NCBI GenBank assembly: GCA_009602725.1
Contig: WELB01000030.1
Span: 200,304 to 264,303 of the forward strand
From: Spirogloea muscicola
Lineage: Eukaryota
Direction of reading: 5' to 3'
DNA: 64,000 nucleotides
Shown here piece by piece: positions 36,741-50,020 of the stretch. The notes below the pieces were generated by a model. The model was not told where the DNA came from. It was given only the letters and a program-made list of their open reading frames with translations, and did not search any database. The translations under genes were made by a program, and so were the position numbers. How positions within the stretch are numbered: the first letter of the stretch is position 1; each line of letters opens with the position of its first letter.

Positions 36741-38672
36741 CTAATGAAGGAGCTTATCGGCATCCTCTCTGGACTGCTGCAGCTGCTGTTGTCCTGCTTG
36801 GCTGCCTTGCCATTTCAGGTACTGCTGCCGGCTGGCCTGGCGCCGATCCTTGGGATCCATGTGACTCCGCCGCCGCTCACGGGTGCCCTCGTCGTGGCCA
36901 GCTGTCTGCCCGTCGAGTTCCTCCGAGCTCGTGAAAGTGAATGGGTCAGCAAACATATCATCAGCGGCTCCTGCCTTTGGGGCCTGAATCAAGTGGCACA
37001 CAGGTCTCCTCAACATTCTATGTGAAAAGAGGACATGTCAGCAAGTATGTCAGAGACTCGGCCACATTTGAGAACATGGGCATAATATTGCTCAGGAGCT
37101 AATGTCTAAGATTGGAATTTACCGAGCAAGCACTGTAGTTTGCAGAGGACCATATACACTAAGCGTGATAAAAGACTGACCAGAAATTTTAGTTTCCATG
37201 CCTTGGCAGACCTTTGCTTTCTGTCTCAAAGATGAATACAGCTCGCAAGAAATTTGATCAGTGGACTCAGGGATGGTACCAAATTGACTGCTCAAGTGGC
37301 TTCGTCTCACCTGTGAGGATCTTTGTCGTTGCAACTCAGGTTCTCGAAGCTGTTGAACCTGCTCTGCCCTGCCCACATCCGCCGTTTGCCAAGAGCCGTG
37401 ATCCAGGCCGTTTGCCCCCACCATGCCACCTTGTTGCACACCATAGTCCAGACTGTCTGTTGCCTGGGGCGGTGTGCCAGGGAATGGCAGCCGCGGCGGT
37501 GCTCGATATCCGTTCTCGTCAAGGGCAGGCTGGGCAGACCCAGCAGCCTGACGCCGCTGCTGAACCATCTTAAGGGCCGGGTGGTTGGGGTTGTCTGCCT
37601 CAAGGCTGCAACCATGCACAGCGCACAGACGATGGCCATCCAGCAACACAGCACAGCATCAGCCAGACCTATAGTCCTGCAAAGCAGATGCAATGGGCAT
37701 TGTGGAAACAAAAGGGAGTCACCGACATGGCAATGAGCTCGCCACATATCGGGCTGTTCTCCAGCTTGAGCAGCTGCTCAATGCATTTGGCCTCGCCGCC
37801 CCGCTGGGATAGCCCGCCCAGCCCCAGCGCCAGCACTGCTTGCATGCACCAATTTGCATGGGCTGGCCATCAGCATGAGGGTCTGACAGCAAGCTCTATA
37901 GAGGTTGGCAGCTGTCTGTGTGATTACATCTGGGCAGCGCCACAAGCTTTGGCATACCAACATTAATCATGTGACGTGCGCCGCTGCTAGGGGATGTGAA
38001 TGTTGATCGCAGGAGGCCACTAGCTCGGGCTTCAGACGTGACTGGTGAGGTCGTGACTGTACCGAGCACAGAGACGCCCCTTACAATAAAGCTCCTCCTC
38101 TCCGTGACTGCAAGCAAGTATGGCGAAGCAGGCCTTGGACGTCAGCGACACCTGAACAATGTGAATGTGTGCTGGAAGGACTTCAAGAGCTCAGAGTGTC
38201 TCTACTTTAAAAGAATCTGGCTTTGCAGTCTGGTGCTTGGCCTTTGGTTTGTAACAAAGGGTTGCAAACGTCTGGTGAGCGCTGGCAGGGGATCAGGCAG
38301 ACCGTGACGCAGTGAAACAACTTACACCACCACCCAATGCAGCTGCCAGTGACAACACCCTGCAGCCAGCCGGACCGCACCGAGTCACGGCACCCCACCA
38401 GCTCCTTGACCTCAGCTGGCGTCAGCTTGTACTGCGTGCGGCCAGGGCGACAGAGTGCCACAGTCACAGCGCTCAGCCAAAATTGGACAACAAGCAACCA
38501 ATTGTTAACCAACTTAAAATTGCGATGCGAAGGTGGAGAAACGCTGGGCAGCCTATAAGCCCACCTCATTGCGTGCCTCATATAGGCGGCCCATAAGCTG
38601 CGCGAGCGGCCGTGGCCGAGTCTGCGCAGCTCGAGTTGGCAGTGGAGCCTGCCGTTGCTCAGAGGTAGCCAT
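36741..38672 (-). CDS. Uncharacterised multi-exon protein with an OCIA-domain-like N-terminus
   Basis: MATSEQRQ..LYEARNE|YKLTPAEVKELVGCRDSVRSGWLQGVVTGSCIGW; exon ~37731-37835 reads ..EAKCIEQLLKLENSPICGELIA; low-complexity Q/R-rich C-terminus ending DADKLLH*. Confidence 0.6.
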
Positions 38673-39142
38673 GGGGAGGCAAGACCCTTGAACCCCTCCC
38701 TTTCCTCTGCACTGGTCAGCCCGACTCTGAGCTCCGCCGTCCGACTCAGCTGGGCTTGGCTTCAGCTCCTCGATGCAGCTGCTCAGCTCGCTCGACTCGT
38801 GCTCGTGTGCTCAAGAGCGAGCATGCTGGCTAGTATGTGCCGAAGCCCGGGCAGCGGATGTGCATGGCATCGTGAGTGGGAAGGCGGGTAGGGCAGCACG
38901 AGAGAGAGAGCCAGGCGGGACAGAGTGCAAGAGGGCGACTAAGCGCTGTTGAGGTCGAGTGCGCAAGTGAAAGAAGGAGAGTGCGAAGAAGGCGGTGAGG
39001 ACGAGACACAGAGGTGGAGATGAAGGAGCGCGTCAGAAGGGGGCGATGGCTGTGATGAGGGAGTGGGGTGGGGACTCGGGGCCGCGCTGAGCGAGAGAGC
39101 GAGCGAGCGAGCGCGCGCGCTTGTGTGTGTTTAAGGGGGGGG

Positions 39143-39145
39143 GGA

Positions 39146-39198
<53 letters not shown>

Positions 39199-39199
39199 N

Positions 39200-39290
<91 letters not shown>
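39143..39290. repeat. (GA)n microsatellite in the divergent promoter region
   Basis: About 145 bp of ga repeats with one n. Confidence 0.97.
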
Positions 39291-39294
<4 letters not shown>

Positions 39295-39359
39295 TTAAGC
39301 AAGAATTAAATGGAGCGAGCGAGTGAGGCAGAGGTATGGAGTGTGCATGAAGTGATGGA

Positions 39360-39450
39360 GGGCCAGAGTTGCCAAGTACAAAGGCGAGCACATTGACAGA
39401 TGTACATCACCTACTACTAAGCTGACCCGTTCAATGACCAACAGAGGGCA
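39360..39450 (-). mobile_element. Short CRE-like 3' relic (subfamily with the TGACCCG hairpin)
   Basis: gccaagtacaaaggcgagcacat..tacatcaccta..gctgacccgttcaatgacca is the reverse complement of the 8570-8650 and 45490-45570 sequences. Confidence 0.7.
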
Positions 39451-39681
39451 CTTTCAAGTGGGCAATTTCTTGATACGCGGGCTTTTTTAAAAGGAACAGG
39501 ATGCGGCTGCTGGAACAGAAAGAGCGGCTGTCAAAGCCAGCCATGCCAGGGCAGAAGGAAAGACGTTGCCAAGAGAGGGCGGTGGCTGGGAAGGTGCATA
39601 GAGAGTGTATTCATGACCATAGCTTTGGAGCCCCTGCGCTCGCTGCCGCTGGGCGTACCGTGCCTGTGATGGCGGGTGGGC

Positions 39682-42668
39682 ATGGGGGAGCGGCAGTGGC
39701 CCGCCTTACTCGAGCTCGGTGGCCGCCAGCTCCTCACAGCAGGTAGCCTCGGCCGGGCTTTCAGGGATGCCCGCAGCGACCCGAGTGGCTGGCCGTCAGA
39801 CCACCACGACCCATTGGTCATGCCGGGCCCACACGTCTCTATCCAAGACGGCTTGGGACCTGCATTGCTCGTGAGGTCTCGTGGCACAGAAGGCAGCCCA
39901 CAAGGCTATGCCGGCTGTCAGACTCCTGCAAGACGAGCAGCCGCACGGCCATGCCGGCTTGGCACGAGGAGGATGGCTTACCAGAGCCGGCGAGGGAGCG
40001 CAGGGGCGGCCCACGCTCCTGCCGAGCGCGAGGCGAGCCTCTGCGACAGCAGCGGCAGCAGCGAGGCCGACGAGTTCGAGTTCATGCCGGAGCTCGCTCA
40101 GGCTGAGGTGGAGCCCTCGTGATCTCCGGCGCCATTGCAGTAGCAAAGCAGACCCATGGACAGCTCATGAAAACCTAAATACTATCCTGTGAATCGTAAG
40201 CCGTGTACCTCGACTGCAAGTTGCTGATCTTCATGCCTTATGAACGAATTATAATCCTATTGCGCAAGTTTCATGAACTTCCGACGTCCATGGGTTGCCA
40301 TAGGCGTCAGTTAGCAAGTCCTCCACTTATTGACTACCTCAGTGCTTCCACCTGACAGATCACTGTGGCGGGCCACCGCATACGGCTGATCCAGCCCAAG
40401 GACGTAGACGAGGTTATTGAAATGTACATCAGGCAAGGTGCACTGCAGGCGGCCATCGATTCTAGTCGCCATCCATTGTCACAGGAATTTGCACCAAGAA
40501 TAACCGCTCTCTATGTGCCCAAAATTGCTCTAAGTTGGCAATCATAAGTTGCCTATCTATTGTACTTGAAGTGGACTAGGATGATTGCCTCACTGCTGAG
40601 GAGATGGCTGACCACGTCTTTGTGCCCGACAACCAGGCTCTCACAACCTGATGTCTCCAGGCTCTCGCAATCTGATATATAATGCTCTCAGCTGGAATAG
40701 ACCGTTTTGTTTGTGTGGTAGGCCGGATGGACAGGGACCCCTACTGGTGCAGGCTCTGGCCATCTGCAATTGCGCTGGCGGAGGAGGTCAGCCATGCACG
40801 TTCCCTGGGTTTGATATACTTCGAGCTCAATATTTGTGCTAGACGTTGAAATGCAGCTGCTTCCCAGTGCAGGGCTTGTGCACTTGTGAAGCTCTGCTCA
40901 AATAGCAACAATGTGCTTCTTGACAACTCCTTCTGCTGCCTTCTATCCATGCGCAACTATGCTCTCATCTTCCAGACACACGGCGCTGCAGATCCTGCTG
41001 CATCCTGAGCTGGTGGCTGGTCGAAAGGTGTGCGACCTCGGAGCCGGCCTCGGTGAGCCTCGGCAGTCGCAGACTGGACAACGAAGTCCCAACTGGCATG
41101 CAGAGAAGGGGCTTCTGCGAGCTCGGTCCGATCTCAAGCTAGGAGTGAGAGGACTACAGACCTGGAATGTGCTTTAGCTGGGCCATTCGAGCTCATACCC
41201 TCCTGATAGCCTGTGCAGGCTTGGCCGGGCTTGCTGCTGCCATTGCTGGAGCTTCTGAGGTAGACTTCTTCCTCGAGCCCAGCAGCCATATAACATCACT
41301 AGCTTTTTGATGTGCAAGTATCTGTAAATCATGGTCTATAAATGTGTCGGAAGCTGTTAGATGGCCAATGTCTAGCAGCCCTACAGTGTGAGCCAGAGAG
41401 CAAATGACAGATTTTAATGCATCCCCGTTGCCAAGGCGCAGGTTGTGCTGCTCGACCGCGAGATTGTGGCGCTACAGTGTGCACTGTTGACAGCCCATGC
41501 GAACCTGCCGGGGCTCTCCACCAACCTCCCGCTCCTGCTCCCACTCCAACCGTCGCCCTCGTGGCCGGCAGTCTACCCCGCCGCGCTGCCCTCACACCTC
41601 CCCGCATCCGCTCTGCCCCTCAACTCCATGCTCCCCATCAGCGACCTGCAAGCGCGGACAGACGCCTCACTTCAGTCAGCAATCAAGGACTCAGATGCGA
41701 GTTGTACTCCTACAGCATCAAGCAGAGGCTCGAAGCTCGCTAGCAATCTGTCAGACAGGCCTGGAGTGTTAGCTCCTTGCAATGCAGGATCAGATGATGC
41801 ACCCAATGATGAGCCTTGGCCAGGGAGCCATGAAGGCTCTTCTTGTCCTGCCTACCGTGAATCCCAGCAAAGAGGTCCACTGCTGATGAGGGCAGAGGTT
41901 TTTGATTGGGGAGACAAAGATGCGTGCATGGAGTTTGACGTGGTAAGCTGCCAAGTCTGCAATACCTACACTGTGATTGTGAAGTTGCTCTGCAGCAGGG
42001 CTTGCAAATGTAGCCTTAGTCGTACTTCTCACACTTGAGTCCTGCGGAGCAGGTGTTGGCCTGCGACGTCTTGTACGAGAAGCCAGCCGTCGACCTCATT
42101 GCTGACTTGGTCCCTCGTCTTTTGAAGCCATGGTATGACGACTTGCATCATAACTGGTACTTTTCCCAGTCTCAGCATTAGTGCCGTTCTTCAAGCAGCA
42201 GGTGATGCCAGGAACAACTGCTGCCACAAAGTTTTCCCCCAATGGTGGGAATAGCATTGACAGTACGAACTTCGTGAACCTGGCCCCAGTGACAACTCCC
42301 TCCTACTGATTAGCGATCCGGTGGAGAGGAACCCCAAGAACAGGGAGCGCTTCGTGGACATGATGGACGCTGCGAACGGCCCAATGCTCCTGGTGAGTTG
42401 CCGGGGTAGCAGCAGTGGTTTCAGAGCCACCGAGCTTTGATATGGCTGGTGGAAGTTAGAAATGCTGACCAGGCTCCTGTGATTGCTCCTAAGAGATCGA
42501 CATTTTCATGAAGAATAAAGCGAGACAATCGTTGGGTTTTCACAAGCTGAACGGTCCTGTAATTTGCAGGAGCTCCAGAGCATGGAGACAAGGATGGCTG
42601 TTATGGACAACAGTGCTCACCCCGTTGAGCTCCTAGCATTTGCAGGCAGAACGATTGGGAAGTCATAG
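39682..42668 (+). CDS. SAM-dependent protein methyltransferase, family 16-like; start uncertain
   Basis: DRDPYWCRLWPSAIALAEE|ILLHPELVAGRKVCDLGAGLG|LAGLAAAIAGA..VVLLDRE..AEVFDW..VLACDVLYE. Stop at 42666-42668. Confidence 0.88.
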
Positions 42669-43416
42669 CTTCCCATGGCTGTCTTAGGCACAAATGAGCC
42701 CTGATTTGGTTGCTGCATCTTCAAGGGGGAGCATTCCAGGTTTTGCTTGGACCACTCGGAGTTGAATGCGGCCCAGCAAGGTGGACATAGGTGAGCAGAG
42801 ATGGTCTTCCTGACTTAGCAGGTAAGGCATGGGGAGCGATCAACCTTACACGTTAGCCCTCATGGTGCCTTTATTGTATCATTTGTCAGCTAGTTATGCA
42901 TGGGCGAGCCTAGGTGAACACAAGGTGCTGAGCACTTTGATTAGCACTGCTGTAAGTACTCCACGGCAGGCAACAAGATGCCACTTTTGCAGCACAGCAG
43001 TGCACGCTCAGTCTTGTCCTTCGTTCTGTGTGACGCAAGCCAGGATAAAGGGGGAGGTATCGGCACAGGTTGAGGTCACAGGCTCCAAAACGATACTGAA
43101 GCATCTGTATCGTTGTTGCTGTATGTGTTGCTGCAGTGATGCGCTCGTTTGCTGTTGCCATAATGGAGTGCAGCAGTGAGGCGCGCGGTGGTAACCTTCC
43201 ATCTGGACTGGTTAAGGCAGGAAGGGCTTGCCGAGCACTGTGTCAAGATGTGCTATGAGCTGTGAAAGTAGCACACAGCACTGGTTCTTACCTCTCTAGT
43301 CGGTCTAAGCTTTGGCATAGTACACATGGTTTGCTGACTTGGTGCAATCTCATGTGCGAATGGTCTTATCTCTGCTTGCCTATCTGCACTGTCATGACTC
43401 AAAGCTTGCTGCAGCC

Positions 43417-45252
43417 TTAAACTTCAGAACCCCAGAGGCGGACTAGGTGGCCTATCTCCTGCTCCATGTTCAACTGGATGACCTGGTCCCTTGCGTCACT
43501 GTCGCCAGCCGCAATGCCAGCAATCACTTTTCCAATGCCAAAGCTCAGCTCCGTCTTCCTCTTGACAACCGTGCCAATTCGGAACTCATTCACTCTGACG
43601 GCTTTGTCCCTCATCTCGCCTCTCACTGCTATGCTCAAGCCCCTGCGGAGAGACCACGAGTGCGGAAGGACGCCACGTTGCGGTCATGGCATCACACACA
43701 GCTCAGACAAGTGCCTTTGGTTGCTTCGTTGAGCTTGCCTCACTCCTCACCTTGCCCAACATGACAATGTGTGCTACTCTCTTGGTAGTGTCTGAAGAAG
43801 TTCAAAGATTATGCACAAGGACAATGCACAAGGACAGATTGGCGGTGTCTGCAGATGGCCAAGAATTTGCACAAGGACTTATGGGCCTCGAGGGTAGCAC
43901 ACGTACCAGAGCGCGGCGGCGCCAATGGTGGTGAAGCCAGCTCCATCCATGAAAGATCCCCCGAGGCTCCCTGAGATGAACGTGAATGACGAGCCTGCGC
44001 GGTCCTGCAGGCGCGGCAGAAACTTGGTGGCCACCACGTAATGTGTACCGCAGCACTCACTGAGCGCCTCCGCTAGGAAGCTCAGCGGCTTGTCCCCAAC
44101 AACGGGCGTGTTCCACACTCCTGAGCCGAGGCTTGTGACGACCTGGACGGTGTCCACGCACGTGTTGAGCACGAGGTGGGTCTTCAAAGACAGGTCACAG
44201 TAAGCACAGTGCAGTTGCGTCTAACACGTATGACTAGGATAATTTGTTTCTGTCTGCAAGAGCATGCGTAGTCACACTCCTGACTCCAGAAGTGGCCAGC
44301 CTATCTTCAGTCCAAGCAGCAGCTGCAGTTGGAGGCCAGAGCAAGCTCGAGCATTTGCAGTCCATATGCAAGCCGAGAAGATGACGTACTCACGTGGTCA
44401 AGCTGGCCATCCAAGTTCCCGTCAATGTACTGCATGCCCATGGACAACAGAGGAACATCGCTTCACATTTGGGCAGTGCAGAAGGCGAAGCGAAGAGCGA
44501 TCAGACTGAACTACAAATCTGAGCTCAAATTCCGTAGTATGTCAGCCGCAATTTCATCTTACGAACTTGGGCAGTGCGGGAGTGGCCAGGGAGATGGGCT
44601 GCAAGCTGGTGCGGCCCTGGCGCAAATCACCTTGAGGATGTACCGCGCGCCCTCCTCGCTGCTGACGTCCACCTTGACGAGGTGCAGCTCCTCCGTCTCG
44701 CCGCACTCGCTCCGCAGCGTGTCCAGCCGCTGCGCGTTGCGCGACGGCACCACCACGCTGTACATGCAGGACCAGAGGAGCCCATGTTAGCGGATGTCGA
44801 GAGGTGGGCACTGCAGCCGATGACCGAACCGCGAGCGGTGATGGCGGCAGCGGGGAAGGCCAGAGGGAAGCGTCGCCTCACGTGGCGCCACCGGCGAGGA
44901 AGCTGCGCACGATGCCCGAGCCGACGGTGCCCGTGCCGCCGGCCACCAGAGCGACCTGGCGGCGCTCTGCGGCCGCGCGGCCGTGCCGTGAGCGGCTGAC
45001 GGGCTAAGCCCGTCCCTCAGCGGCAATGCGCGCGAAGCCCACGACCGCGCAATGCAGCTCCGCCAGGAGTGCGGCCGCGAGCGGGCGAGGGCGCCGCCGC
45101 GGCCCAGCGGCGGCCGCTGGCGGCGGCAATGTTGAGGATGGCGACGGATAGATGGGAATCAACGTCGCGTCCTTGACGCCATTCTGGGCGCAGCGGGGAG
45201 GCGGAGCGGGGGAGACCTGGCCTTGGAGGCGCGCGGACGGCCCCGGCGCCAT
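43417..45252 (-). CDS. Atypical short-chain dehydrogenase/reductase, paralog 1 (most divergent)
   Basis: MAPGPSARLQGQ|VALVAGGTGTVGSGIV (glycine-rich Rossmann motif); VVVPSR; DVSSEEG; VVTSLG; FTTIGAAALW|GLSIAVRGE..VRVNEFRIG. Confidence 0.88.
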
Positions 45253-45253
45253 G

Positions 45254-45293
<40 letters not shown>

Positions 45294-45299
45294 GTGAGG

Positions 45300-46200
45300 G
45301 GGGAGCCTGGGTGTCTACCGCTGCTGGGGGGCCACGTGGGACGGCGCCGCGTGGCCGGGCCGGCCGATCACGGCAATCATGGGGGATGCCCACTTGGGGC
45401 GAGCCGGGAAGTACCTCCCGAGGCGCTTGCGGCCCACAGGCGGGGACACCCCCCCTTTCATGCATCGATCAGTGACCTTTATGTTTTGACCCGTGGTTAT
45501 TGAGCGGGTCAATCCGCTGTAGGTTATGTAGATCTTCAGATGTGCTTGCCTTTGTACTTGGCCATTTGGCCTTACATTTGTTTCTTATACACGAAATTCC
45601 TTCCCCTCCTGGGGCGGTGTCCGTAGCTGCTTGGTTTCTTTGTGTGCTTGTTTCTTAGCGCTTCCCCTGGCCCCCTTCTCGTACTCTGTTCATTTTGTTT
45701 TGGGCTGGCTTTTCAGCCCCTGTCCTCAATGGGCGAGCACTTTCTCCCTCCTTTGCTTTTGGGACCTCTCGGCCAGAATGCTGCTCTCGTTCAGTCGTGC
45801 AGCGCTCGTAAGCTCTGCTATCCATCGGCGTGCTGGGCGCACCAAGGCTGGCCAGCGGCTTCTATGGCGGCGCTCCGGCTCCCCAAATTGGCTTGTCGGA
45901 TTGCTCAACCGTGGGTACCATCGTCACACTGTTACCTTAGCCACCTTAGCCACCATCGCATAGGGCTTCCTTTCATGGAGCCCCACTGTTCGCACTAGTA
46001 TTTGCCTGAACAATGTATTGGCTTGAATTGGCCACCCCTTCATTTGATGCGCACCGCGCGCCTTCTCTCTCTCTGGGCTGGCTTTTCAGAGCACCCACCC
46101 CATATAGAAGAGCTCACTTCTTTCCCCTCGCTTTGGCTGCTAGTCTTTCTGACTTCCGGCTATCAACTAGAGGTTACTAAGTCATCATTCAACATGGTCC
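45300..46200 (+). mobile_element. Stacked CRE-like 3' relics upstream of SDR1
   Basis: SDLYVLTRGY* (45503); AIHRRAGR..LLNRGY (~45820-45920); AASLSDFRLSTRGY* (~46135-46180). GGGCTGGC motifs at 45700 and 46075. Confidence 0.8.
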
Positions 46201-47136
46201 TTGCTACTCCTGGGTCTAGGGTTAAGTCGAGTAACCTGACCAGACTGTCTTTGTTGACCTGCACAGAACCGAAGGGAGATGTTGGTCTCTCTCTTTTCCT
46301 TGACTCTCTCTTGTACTCAATACCATGGGATTTCTTATGGCATAGTTAGACTACGACCAACGGCATAGTTAGACTACGACCAACTGAGACCTGCAGCAAG
46401 CCACCAATTCCCCCGATTGGGCTGGCACCCGTTGAGAACATCAATTGCAATTCATAGTATGAGACCCTTTTAAGTCGGAATTTAGCAAATGTCTTTCCTA
46501 CATTCTCTTGCACCCATGTCAACCTCAAGTAAAGAAAACCAGCAAAAGCTGGCAGTCCAAGTCCAGGACTGTGTTAAGGGTTGTGTTCCCTGATACTGGG
46601 GAAGACCTCAACCTGACTTTATATACGACCAGCGCCAGATCTTGCAGCTTGCCAATAGCTGTGCAACATGTGGTACAATGTTTGCACCGATTGTAAGGCA
46701 AGCACTGCCAAGCCGGTCATATTTGCAGCACTTCTTGCACAGGGGCAAGTGTGATAAGTGTCAGTTTCATGCAACATCCTTTCACCCGAATGCCGCAGCA
46801 GCTGAGGAGCCGACTGGATAGGCCGATGACGGCATCCCAACATCAGCAAGTAAGTGCTTGGACGGAAGCATTTACTTATCTTTTGCGAAAGTCAGCTATT
46901 GAGTTGTCTTGGAAACTAAGCAAAGCCTGAAGGTTTTCTTCAGTTTGTTGTAACTTTTGCCCATGTGCTTTGTCTACGTATAGGCCCATCAAGTTAAATT
47001 AAGTATTACATGATTCTCCTCATTCAATTATTGTTGGCCCCTGCTGCGTCCTCAATCTCTAGAAATTGAATTAATTTGTAGAAGCGCCAACATCATGCTC
47101 CTGGAGCAATTCCATGTTACAAAGCTGCCGAACCTC

Positions 47137-48778
47137 TTAGCCTGAACTAGCCAGCAGCTGCTGGAGGTCCTGGTCACTACGCAAGTAAATGACCTGACTG
47201 CTTGCCTGATTTGCTCCGGCAGATATGCCCGCCAGAACCTGGCCGATGCCACGGCCCAACTCGGTATTACGCTCTATGGCTAACATGATCCGAAATTCAT
47301 TAATCCGGACTGCCTTCTCCCTCATCTCCTCCCTCGCGACAATGCTCAAGCCCCTGCAAGAAACACATTTGCAAGTGCTTGCCTCACCACAATCATCCTG
47401 TGTCATTGTCAGATCACAGAGGCACTGCTGCCGTACATGCTTCAAGGGTTTTTGTTATCAAGGCCAGTCAAGCTTTAAGGAGCATACCACAGGGCGGCGG
47501 CGCCAATAGTTGTGAACCCAGCTCCAGGCATGTAGGCCCCACCGAGGCCGCCGGTGATGATTTTGTACGTGGAGCCAGCCTGGTTCTCAAGCTTTGGCAG
47601 GAAGGCGTTTGCTACCACATAGTGTGATATGCAGAGATCTGCGATGGCCTTTGCCAGATAGCTAGACGGCTTGTCTCCGATAACTGGTGCGTTGTAGTAC
47701 CCGCTACCCAAGCTCGTCACTAACTGCAACATGGGCAAGACTGAGATGAAATCATGTCTGGACATTGGAGGCTCTTGGAAGTAACAGGGCAAGCCGTAGG
47801 TAAGCTTGTTCAAGGCATGCACAACGAAGCTGGACAAGTTAGGCAGAGAAGTCGAGTTGTCTGTCTCCAGCAATACATTCTCGCTGCGTATCCAACTCAG
47901 TCTCAGGTACGGTCCAGTCACAGAAGTTGCCCAAGCCGGCCAGATGTGCAGATCGAAATCGAGGCACAGTTGTCAGTGTCTGTTTGCACAGACATGGTTG
48001 TGATCCTCACATGATTTAGCTGCCCTCCAAGCTTCTCCTCAATGTACTGTGGAGAAGCAGCACAAATGCTCAGTCACCCGCGAGCATTCTAATCTGCCAG
48101 ACAATTTGCAGGACACAGGTTTAGAGCAGCTACAGTGGGAGGGTCCGACAGAGCTACAGTTGAGGGGTCCGACCTTTGCAACGACTTGAGCTCCATCCTC
48201 CGTGCCGACGTCGGCATTGACGAGGTAGAGGTCCTGGGTGCCGCCGCACTCAATAGTGAGGTTGTTGAGCGCGTCGACGCTTCTGGAGGGGACGACGACC
48301 CTGCAGCCCATGAAGCACCAGAATGATGAAGCTGGAAAACTGAGTACCCAAGCGTGCGAGTGCAACAAGGCACAGGATTTTCTGGGAGATCTGTGAAGCA
48401 AAGGGTCTCACTTGGCACCAGCTCTGAGGAAGCCATGCACGATGCCTGATCCCACTGTGCCTGCGCCGCCGGCTACGAGCGCGACCTGTGCAAATCCAAC
48501 TTCCACCCAAGGTGAACTTGGCTGGGGCATTTTGGCAGCGGGCTCAACCCATTGACGCTTTGTTGAAGCCTCTCCTCTAGACACCAGAAGACCTTGACTA
48601 TGGGACTTCCTAGCTGGCATTCGGGCGGCGTCAGCTCAGCTAGGCGTCAGGTGGCGAGCAAAGCCAGGTCGCAAGACGACCGATTGTGCCCACGAGTGGC
48701 AGGTACAGTGGGGGTCCCCAGCGTCGAGGAGGGGCCAGGCGAGCTCGCCTGGCCTTGCAGCCGCTTGACTGCAGCCAT
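47137..48778 (-). CDS. Atypical SDR, paralog 2
   Basis: MAAVKRLQGQ|(GC donor)VALVAGGAGTVGSGIVHGFLRAGAK; LVTSLGSGYYN; FTTIGAAALW; VRINEFRI..LLASSG*. Confidence 0.88.
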
Positions 48779-49534
48779 GGGAAGGCGGCGAGCAGCCACA
48801 AGCCGGTGGGCTCGAAGAGGCAGTGAAGCCGCACTGGGAGAAGCCCAGCGTGAGAATTGGCCAGCCCGGGCGGCAATGCCCGTTAGTGCCCGGGCCGGCA
48901 CCGCGTCAGCTGACGGAGGGGGCGGCGGGTGCGAGCCCGGGGCGGGGGGGACGGGTCGTCGTCACCGCTGACGCCAGCGGCCTGGGTCCCGCACGTGTAC
49001 CGGCCGGGGGTGGGGGGCCTCGGATCCAATGTGTGCGCGGCGCGTGGAGACCGGCTCGGCCACGTGCGGCGGGCGGAGGAGGCCCGCTCGCAGCCATTGG
49101 CGCCGCCCCGTCATTCTGCCCAAACGGCAGCCCGACGGGCGCTCGCCGTTTGCTCGCCGCCCGGCCAACCGCCTGTGCTTGTCCTTTGNACTGTGCGCGG
49201 CGAGCTCCGAGGAGCGCGCCGCGCAGGTGCGCGCCGTGCCTTGGCAGGCGGCGGCATGCGCGCCCGGCGGCGCTCAGGCGCTCGAGCGCCCCGGGGGGTT
49301 GGCAAGGCGCCGCAGCGCCCGGGGGGGCGGCGGCGCCGGCGGCGAGCTAGGGAGCCGTTGGGTCGGTCGGTCGGGGGGGGCTGCTGCTGCCGGAGGGTTT
49401 TGGAGGGGTGGGGGGGTGGTGGGCGGGAGGCCGCCCCTCCTGTGGCTCTGCCGCCTCTCGGTCCGTGGCGGCGCTCCGGCTCCCCAGGTTAGCTCATTGG
49501 ACTTGTATGCCTGTTGCTCACCCGTGGGTGCTAA

Positions 49535-50020
49535 GAAGAAGTGGCACTCCCAATGTGGGCAAGGGCTGCGAAAAGCCAGCCCAAAAAAAGTTGACAAAGG
49601 TTTGGAGGGGCCTACAAGCGATTAGCAGCTACGAAGGGGCCGGAAGATGCTAAGTCAGAACAGGGGGAGGATGGATCACTCAGTAGGTACGAGTGAGTAG
49701 CCTCAGATCCGACAGACTAGCTGCCGGGAAACTATCCCCCTGACGAAAGCCGGAGGCTGCAGCGAGAGCACGGCCAGCACGCAGATGCAGAGCGTGGGCC
49801 ATGGACCGCTGGAGGGATACTGACAACCTCATTCGATATACTCGAGCTCACGAGCCAGCTGCGTTGAAGTCAGCCGGCTCGCCACGCCTACGGGACACAG
49901 CCCGCCGCGCAAGCCTGGCCAGCAGGTCGAGCCACTGGGACCCAAGAGCCCCGTGCACGTCCACAGCCAGGGGGACGAACTCATCTGTAGCCGGGTGGTT
50001 GGCGTGTTTGGCCGCCTTGC
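49535..50020 (-). mobile_element. 5'-truncated CRE-like copy nested in another copy, TSD GGTGCTAA
   Basis: DEFVPLAVDVHGALGSQWLDLL..YRMRLSVSLQRSMAHALHLRAGRALAAASG..DLRLLTRTY*. GGTGCTAA occurs at 49527-49534 and 50021-50028. Confidence 0.9.
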
